Assembly: GCA_964016885.1 (NCBI GenBank)
Contig: OZ024766.1
Coordinates: forward strand, 21,700,001-21,764,000
Reading direction: 5' to 3'
Source: Eledone cirrhosa
Taxonomy: Eukaryota
DNA: 64,000 bases
The translations under genes were made by a program, and so were the position numbers. Numbering within the stretch: position 1 is the first letter of the stretch; every line of letters starts with the position of its first letter. Below are positions 55,370-64,000 of this stretch, in pieces. A model generated the notes under the pieces. The model was not told the origin of the DNA, did no database searches, and saw only the letters and a program-made list of their open reading frames with translations.

Positions 55370-56456
55370 AATAATGACAACTTATGGACTGGACTTGATC
55401 TTTGCTCTTTAACTCTGCTGTTGGTGATCTAAAGGTATTATATATTCCCGGAAGGAAGGTTGGCTGGTAAGAGAAGCAGAGGCTGGCAGCCAAAACAATG
55501 GCTTGATAATGTCAACTTATGGACTGGACTTGATCTTTGCTCTTTAAACTCTGCTGTTGGTGATCTAAAGGTATTATATATTCCTGGAAGGAAGGTTGGC
55601 TGGTAAGAGAAGCAGAGGCTGGGCGAGCCAAAACGATGGCTTGATAATGTCAACTTATGGACTGGACTTGATCTTTGCTCTTTAAACTCTGCTGTTGGTG
55701 ATCTAAAGGTATTATATATTCCTGGAAAGAAGGTTGGTTGGTAAGAGAAACAGAGGCTGGCAGCCAAAACGATGGCTTGATAATGTCAACTTATGGACTG
55801 GACTTGATCTTTGCTCTTTAAACTCTGCTGTTGGTGATCTAAAGGTATTATATATTCCTGGAAGGAAGGTTGACTGGTAAGAGAAACAGAGGCTGGCAGC
55901 CAAAACGATGGCTTGATAATGTCAACTTATGGACTGGACTTGATCTTTGTTCTTTAAACTCTGCTTTGGTGATCTAAAGGTATTATATATTCCCAGAAGG
56001 AAGGTTGGCTGGTAAGAGAAGCAGAGGCTGGCAGCCAAAACAATGGCTTGATAATGTCAACTTATGGACTGGACTTGATCTTTGCTCTTTAAACTCTGCT
56101 GTTGGTGATCTAAAGGTATTATATATTCCTGGAAGGAAGGTTGGCTGGTAAGAGAAGTAGAGGCTGGCAGCCAAAACGATGGCTTGATAATGTCAACTTA
56201 TGGACTGGACTTGATCTTTGCTCTTTAAACTCTGCTGTTGGTGATCTAAAGGTATTATATATTCCTGGAAGGAAGGTTGGCTGGTAAGAGAAGCAGAGGC
56301 TGGCAGCCAAAACGATGGCTTGATAATGTCAACTTATGGACTGGACTTGATCTTTGCTCTTTAAACTCTGCTGTTGGTGATCTAAAGGTATTATATATTC
56401 CTGGAAAGAAGGTTGGTTGGTAAGAGAAGCAGAGGCTGGCAGCCAAAACAATGGCT
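55370..56456. repeat. 136-bp tandem repeat, at least 8 copies, running into the gap
   Basis: caacttatggactggacttgatc recurs with period ~136. Confidence 0.92.
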
Positions 56457-56656
56457 NNNNNNNNNNNNNNNNNNNNNNNNNNNNNNNNNNNNNNNNNNNN
56501 NNNNNNNNNNNNNNNNNNNNNNNNNNNNNNNNNNNNNNNNNNNNNNNNNNNNNNNNNNNNNNNNNNNNNNNNNNNNNNNNNNNNNNNNNNNNNNNNNNNN
56601 NNNNNNNNNNNNNNNNNNNNNNNNNNNNNNNNNNNNNNNNNNNNNNNNNNNNNNNN
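56457..56656. other. Assembly gap (200 N)
   Basis: Run of N; flanking sequence 56657-58200 looks low quality. Confidence 1.
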
Positions 56657-58918
56657 ATTTTGGCCAATCTTCTACTTAACTGGTAGCCCCCCCCTCCTTC
56701 TACTGGAGGGGGGTTCTCCAGGGCTCTTTTACCCCCATCCTATCCACCTCTTGCATCGGTGATTAGTAGGTGTTATTATCTACTATTAATATTTTATTAA
56801 TATTATTATTATCACTATATTGATTTTTTAATATTATCATTTTACTATTCTTTATTATAACTATTTTTATTATGTTTTATAATAATATTATTATTATCTA
56901 TATATTTATACCATTCCTATTATTATACTCATACTATTATCATTATTATGTATATTATTATTATTCTTACTATTATTATACTATTATTATTATCACTATT
57001 AATTATTTATTATACTATTATCATTATTATTATTATACCAATTATTATATACTATTATTATTATAACTACTTATTATTATTATACTACTATAATTATTAT
57101 TATACTTACTATTATACTATTATTATTATCTACTTATTATACACATTCATATTATTTATTATTAATATCTATAATTATTATTTATTATTATTATACATCC
57201 TCTATTCATTATTATACTCATACCATTATAATAATATCATTATTATTATTATTATTATATCATTCCCTATTATTATTATTATTCATCCATAAAACAACAA
57301 ACAACCACCACCACCACCCCCCCCACACCCCCCCACCCCACCACCACCACCACACCCCCCCACCCCCCACCCCACCCACCACCCCCCACCCCCCACACCC
57401 CCCCCACCCACCACCCCACCACCACCCCCCACACACCACCACCACCACCACCCACCACCACCACCACCCACACCACCCACCCCCCCACCACACACCACCC
57501 ACCACCACCCACCACCACCACACAACCACCACCACCACACCACACCACCACTACACCACCACCACCACCACCACCACCACCACCACCACCACCACCACCA
57601 CCACTCACCACCACCACCACCACAACACCCACCACCAACCACCACCACCACCACCACCACCACCACCACACCACCACCACCACCACCAACCACCACCCAC
57701 CACCACACACCACCACCACTACACCACCACCACCACACCCCACCACCACCACCACACCACCACCACCACCACCACAACACCACCACTACACACCACCACC
57801 ACTACACCACCACCACCACACACACACCACCACCACCACCCACCACTAACCACCACCACCACCACACACACCACCCCACCACCACCACTACACCACCACC
57901 ACCACCACCACCACCACACACACCCTCACCACCACCACTACCACCCCACACACCACCCCACACACCACCACTCCACCACACCCACTACCACCACCACTAC
58001 ACCACCACCACCACCACCACCACTACACACCACCACACCACCACACACCACCACACACCACAACACCACACCACCCACCACCACCACTCCACCACCACCA
58101 CTACACCCACCACAATACCACCACCACCCACCACCACTACACCACCACTACCACACCACTACCACCACCACCACTCACCACTATACCACCACCACCACCA
58201 CCTACACCACCACCACCACTACACCACCACCACCACTGTACCACCACCACACCACCACTACACCACCACTATACCACCACCACCACCACCACTACACCAC
58301 CACTACCACCACCACTACCACCACCACCACCACCACCGCCACTACACCACCACCACCACTCCACCACTACACCACCACTATACCACCACCACCACTACAC
58401 CACCACTATACCCACCACCACCACCACTACACCACCACCACCACCATCACCACCACCACCACTACACCACCACTACCACCACCACTACCACCACCACCAC
58501 CACCACCGCCACTACACCACCACCACCACTCCACCACTACACCACCACTATACCACCACCACCACTACCACCGCCACTACACCACCACCACCACTCCACC
58601 ACTACACCACCACTATACCACCACCACCACTACCACCCACCACTACACCACCACTACCACCACCACTACCACCACCACCACCACCACCGCCACTACACCA
58701 CCACCACCACTCCACCACTACACCACCACTATACCACCACCACCACTACCACCACCACTACACCATCACCACCACTCCACCACTACATGACAGTCACTCT
58801 GCTATCTACCAGAATACAGCTGTTGTATGAGAGGGGGGGGGCTAAGATTATACCCCTTAACTACACAGGCAGACATATATACATATATATATATGTATAT
58901 GTATATATATAGCTACAT

Positions 58919-58980
<62 letters not shown>

Positions 58981-59763
58981 ATAACAAAGTGCAGGGCAAT
59001 AAAGATAGACGGTAGTCACGGAATAGGCAGACCTAGAAAAACCTGGGACGAGCTGATAAACTCCGACATCACACACTTACACCTCTCCAAGACAATGTCA
59101 CTGGACCGAGACCTTTGGCGGTACTCAGTAACAGAGAAGACCCGCCTTGCCTAAATATATAGTAAAACCTACTCCAGCCAGTAGACATCTCTAACAAATA
59201 CACCCCGTCCCACCACCCCCACCCGATCCACACCACCCCGTTCTATGTAAAGTTATGTTGGTGCCGCGCCATCGAGGCCGAAACAAATGAGATCGTGTAG
59301 GTGTCACGACAAAAAAACACACAGTCCACGCTGTAATGTGGCCGTGTAGGCAACACGGTAAAAACCTCCCAGACCCACACTGTAAATGTGGTTGGTGTTA
59401 GGAAGGGCATCCAACTGTAGAAAACCTGCCAGACAGTCCTATGCGAGCAAGACAATCACTCTTGCCTCAAGTGGGACTACCCCCGTCCAAACCCATGCAA
59501 GCGTGGAACACGGACGTTAAACGCTGATGATGATGATGATGATGATATATAAACAGAAAAAATGAAACGATATTTCATTTCCCACTCTTAGTACGGCTGT
59601 TACTTAAATATAAGTATGTACACATACATACATATATGTATACAGACGTACAGTAGTATGTATATATATATATATACATACATGCACACATATATATATG
59701 CACGTATGGATTCACTGAACATTTATTATAATGCTCGGTGTGTTTGTAAACAAACATCCCGTA

Positions 59764-60721
59764 TTAACCCTTTAACATCTACATTACTCTATATATACTA
59801 TTGTATTGTCACAGTAAAGGCTTTACCTCACATAATACCTCACATAACATTTACATTACTCTATATATACTATTGTATTGTCACAGTAAAGGCTTTACCT
59901 CACATAATACCTCACATAACATTTACATTACTCTATATATACTATTGTATTGTCACAGTAAAGGCTTTACCTCACATAATATCTCACATAACATCTACAT
60001 TACTCTATATATACTATTGTATTGTCACAGTAAAGGCTTTACCTCACATAATACCTCACATAACATTTACATTACTCTATATATACTATTGTATTGTCAC
60101 AGTAAAGGCTTTACCTCACATAATACCTCACATAACATTTACATTACTCTATATATACTATTGTATTGTCACAGTAAAGGCTTTACCTCACATAATATCT
60201 CACATAACATTTACATTACTCTATATATACTATTGTATTGTCACAGTAAAGGCTTTACCTCACATAACATCTCACATAACATCTACATTACTCTATATAT
60301 ACTATTGTATTGTCACAGTAAAGGCTTTACCTCACATAATACCTCACATAACATTTACATTACTCTATATATACTATTGTATTGTCACAGTAAAGGCTTT
60401 ACCTCACATAATACCTCACATAACATTTACATTACTCTATATATACTATTGTATTGTCACAGTAAAGGCTTTACCTCACATAATACCTCACATAACATTT
60501 ACATTACTCTATATATACTATTGTATTTTCATGGTAAAGGCTTTACCTCACATAATTATCTCAATTAATATCTCACCTATGAGATTTTGAAAGTATTTAT
60601 TTTGAGAACAATACCATAACATCAGTTTGAGTGACCAGTTACAGCCAGTTTCAACAGAAAGAGCTAGAGAATTCTGGCTGGTTTTGGCAGGTTTTGGCCA
60701 GTTTGAACACTAAAGGGTTAA
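59764..60721. mobile_element. piggyBac-like MITE (TTAA-CCCTTTA...TAAAGGG-TTAA) with an internal 72-bp array (~11 units)
   Basis: Both TTAA and CCC/GGG termini are intact; same 3' unique part as 26620-26755. Confidence 0.85.
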
Positions 60722-60773
60722 GCCGTAGTGTCTAGCAACCACCGTTGCTCGTTTGTTCAACACTGACAAAGGA

Positions 60774-60816
60774 ACGCTGTACTAGTTTCAAGCTTATTAG
60801 CTATCGTCAGCAACGT
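60774..60816 (-). ncRNA. Very compact (43-nt) type I hammerhead ribozyme; cleavage between 60780 and 60779
   Basis: Minus strand: ACGTTG-CTGACGA-[t agct aata agct t]-GAAA-CTAG-TA^-CAGCGT; helix III is the palindrome ACTAGT. Confidence 0.7.
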
Positions 60817-60913
60817 ATACCTTCCTGCCAGATTGTTGAACGTCTTACATACTTACCTTATGCATATTAACGGCTGAGTAGCCCAATTTGCATATCGAGT
60901 GGGTTAATCGGCC

Positions 60914-60974
<61 letters not shown>

Positions 60975-61422
60975 GGTGTCACGACAAAAAAACACACAGT
61001 CCACGCTGTAATGTGGCCGTGTAGGCAACACGGTAAAAACCTCCCAGACCCACACTGTAAATGTGGTTGGTGTTAGGAAGGGCATCCAACTGTAGAAAAC
61101 CTGCCAGACAGTCCTATGCGAGCAAGACAATCACTCTTGCCTCAAGTGGGACTACCCCCGTCCAAACCCATGCAAGCGTGGAACACGGACGTTAAACGTT
61201 GATGATGATGATGATGATGTAGAGGTTATATTTAATTTGTTGGGATACAACAAGCAAATATTTTTATAACTGATATAAAGCACTCAACAAATAATTGGAG
61301 TAAATATACGATATTAACAAATGGAAACTATATTGAGGATAGACTATACGGGAGCTTCCAACAGAAATGGTTGCATTCTTTAAGGGTATGTCAATATTTA
61401 TTTATAAAACTGCTCTATATTA

Positions 61423-61487
61423 TATTTTATCTGATGAAAGCACACCATAATTTAACTTGGTGTCCTTGAAATATGTATAATGAAATA
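61423..61487 (+). ncRNA. Minimal type I hammerhead ribozyme, predicted cleavage after 61479
   Basis: TATTTTAT-CTGATGA-[aagcacacca...tggtgtcctt]-GAAA-TATGTA-TA^-ATGAAATA; preceded by agggtatgtca, as is the 27848 copy. Confidence 0.78.
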
Positions 61488-61526
61488 AATATGGTTTTAT
61501 AAATATAGTTTCCATTTGTTAATATC

Positions 61527-61582
<56 letters not shown>

Positions 61583-61748
61583 ATGTTATTTATATATATA
61601 TATATATGTATTTATATTTATATATATATATGATAGTGTTTAATATAAACTGTTATCTTTGTGGTATATATATATGTATATATATATATATATGTATGTA
61701 TATATATATATGTATGTATATATATATATGTATGTATATATATATATG

Positions 61749-61792
<44 letters not shown>

Positions 61793-61942
61793 GATGTATA
61801 TATATATGTATATATATAGATGTATATATATATGTATATAAATATATATATATTTATGTAGATAAATATATATATATTTATATATATAAATATATATATA
61901 TGTATACATATATATGTGTATATATATAGATGTGTATATATA

Positions 61943-61989
<47 letters not shown>

Positions 61990-62274
61990 TATCAAAGCAG
62001 ACATATTTATATTAGTGATACACATCTTTAGGTGACTGTATAAAGAAACACAACTTTGTTGTTGACCCCTAAAGCAGAGGGTGGTGTGGTACCATGTAGC
62101 GGGGTGAGCTGCTAATATAAATAACTATATTTATGTTCTTATACGGAACCTTGTATGTAGCTTGTGGCGGATACAACTTTATATAGGCATACACCATATA
62201 TATATAGAGAGAGAGCAAGCCTGCTAGTATATATATATACTAGCAGAATGACCCGGCGTTGCTCGGGCATATAA

Positions 62275-63258
62275 ACATGGTTTAGACGGGTTGTCCTGTT
62301 GTGGGCAGTGCCAGGTTGGCTGACCATGTCTTGCTTATACAGGAACTGATTCTGGCTTGATTTCTACAGCTGGATGCCCTTCCTAACACCAACCTCATTT
62401 ACAGTGAGTGCTGGGTGCTTTTTTGCTGTGGCACCTCCACGACCACTTTTACAGTGAGAGCTGGGTACTTTTTTGCCGTGGCACCTCCACGACCACTTTT
62501 ACTGTGAGAGCTGGGTGCTTTCTTTGCCGTGGCACCTCCACGTCCACTTTACAGTGAGTGCTGGGTGCTTTTTTGCTGTGGCACCTCCACGACCACTTTA
62601 CAGTGAGTGCTGGGTGCTTTTTTGCTGTGGCACCTCCACGACCACTTTTACTGTGAGAGCTGGGTGCTTTCTTTGCCGTGGCACCTCCACGACCACTTTA
62701 CAGTGAGTGCTGGGTGCTTTTTTGCTGTGGCACCTCCACGACCACTTTTACAGTGAGAGCTGGGTACTTTCTTGCCGTGGCACCTCCACGACCACTTTTA
62801 CTGTGAGAGCTGGGTGCTTTCTTTGCCGTGGCACCTCCACGTCCACTTTACAGTGAGAGCTGGGTACTTTTTTGCCGTGGCACCTCCACGACCACTTTTA
62901 CAGTGAGAGCTGGGTACTTTTTTGCTGTGGCACCTTCACGACCACTTTTACAGTGAGAGCTGGGTACTTTTTTGCTGTGGCACCTCCACGACCACTTTTA
63001 CAGTGAGAGCTGGGTACTTTTTTGCTGTGGCACCTCCACGACCACTTTACAGTGAGAGCTGGGTACTTTTTTGCTGTGGCACCTCCACGACCACTTTACA
63101 GTGAGTGCTGGGTGCTTTTTTTTTTTTGCTGTGGCACCTCCACAACCACTTTTACAGTGAGAGCTGGGTACTTTTTTGCCATCGTGGCTACACTGCCACT
63201 TTACAGTGAGGGCTGGGTGCCGTTTTGCCGTGGTGACAGTGAGTGCTGGGTGCCTTTT
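62275..63258 (-). repeat. SINE-derived ~44-bp tandem array (~19 units)
   Basis: gtggcacctccacgaccactttt?acagtgagagctgggt repeated after ctggatgcccttcctaacaccaacc. Confidence 0.88.
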
Positions 63259-63620
63259 AGCTATTGTAAGGGAGCATGTATAGAGTATAGTGTTGTAGGG
63301 ACCGGGGGGGGGGAGAAGTGGTGTGGTGGTGGTGGTATGGTAGTGGTGTGGTGGTATGGTGGTGGTGGTGGTGTGGTAGTGGTGGTGGTGGTGGTGGTAT
63401 GGTAGTGGTGTGGTGGTATGGTGGTGGTGGTGGTGGTGGTGGTGTGGTAGTGGTGGTGGTGTGGTAGTGGTGGTGTGGTATGGTAGTGGTGGTGTGGTAT
63501 GGTAGTGGTGGTGGTGGTGGTGATAATGAGAATCTCTTGTTTTTTTTGTGTAGACATGTAGTAAACATAAAAGGAAGTTAAACACACATATATATATATA
63601 CATATATATATGTGTGTATT

Positions 63621-63660
<40 letters not shown>

Positions 63661-63674
63661 TATATGTGTGTATT

Positions 63675-63746
<72 letters not shown>

Positions 63747-64000
63747 TGCTTACCCATGTATGTATGTGTGTGTTTGTATGTATATATATATGTATATATA
63801 TGTATGTATGTATATATGTATGTATGTATATATGTATGAATGTATATATGTATATATATATATATGTGTGTATATATATATATATGTGTGTATATATATA
63901 TATATAAATGTGTGTATATATATATAAATGTGTGTATATATATATGTGTGTGTGTATATATATATGTGTATGTGTATATAGATATGTGTATATGTGTATA

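Overview
Eukaryotic, repeat-dominated DNA with extreme (TA)n/(TG)n/(CAC)n microsatellite content, RTE-clade LINE fragments and tRNA-derived SINEs. The repeat landscape resembles an octopod cephalopod genome (inference). Two protein-coding genes are well supported, both on the + strand. The first is a single-ORF C2H2 zinc-finger gene (10-3261; 4 fingers, polyQ and Gly/Ser/Met low-complexity region). The second is a 9-coding-exon PRPSAP gene (non-catalytic PRPP synthetase-associated protein), CDS join(13992..14110,17874..17926,19753..19819,21350..21522,24440..24555,26899..27103,27494..27564,28314..28460,33592..33750) = 1110 nt / 369 aa, with all introns GT-AG and phase-consistent. The most striking unannotated signal is a set of minimal type I hammerhead ribozymes from several unrelated sequence families (complete cores at 7982-8036+, 8235-8294-/8373-8432+, 27709-27761-/27848-27900+, 60774-60816-, 61423-61487+; degenerate or half copies at 28123-28206 and 43843-43949). 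Most sit in fold-back palindromes that pair the ribozyme with its own antisense copy, and two such palindromes lie in PRPSAP intron 7. Several satellites are visibly amplified pieces of retroelements (the 99-bp satellite is exactly 33 codons of an RTE ORF2). Also present: TTAA/piggyBac-like MITEs carrying satellite arrays, Helitron-like ends, a weak candidate spliced microprotein gene (49759-55287), and a 200-N assembly gap (56457-56656). Most ORFs in the supplied track are microsatellite artefacts.
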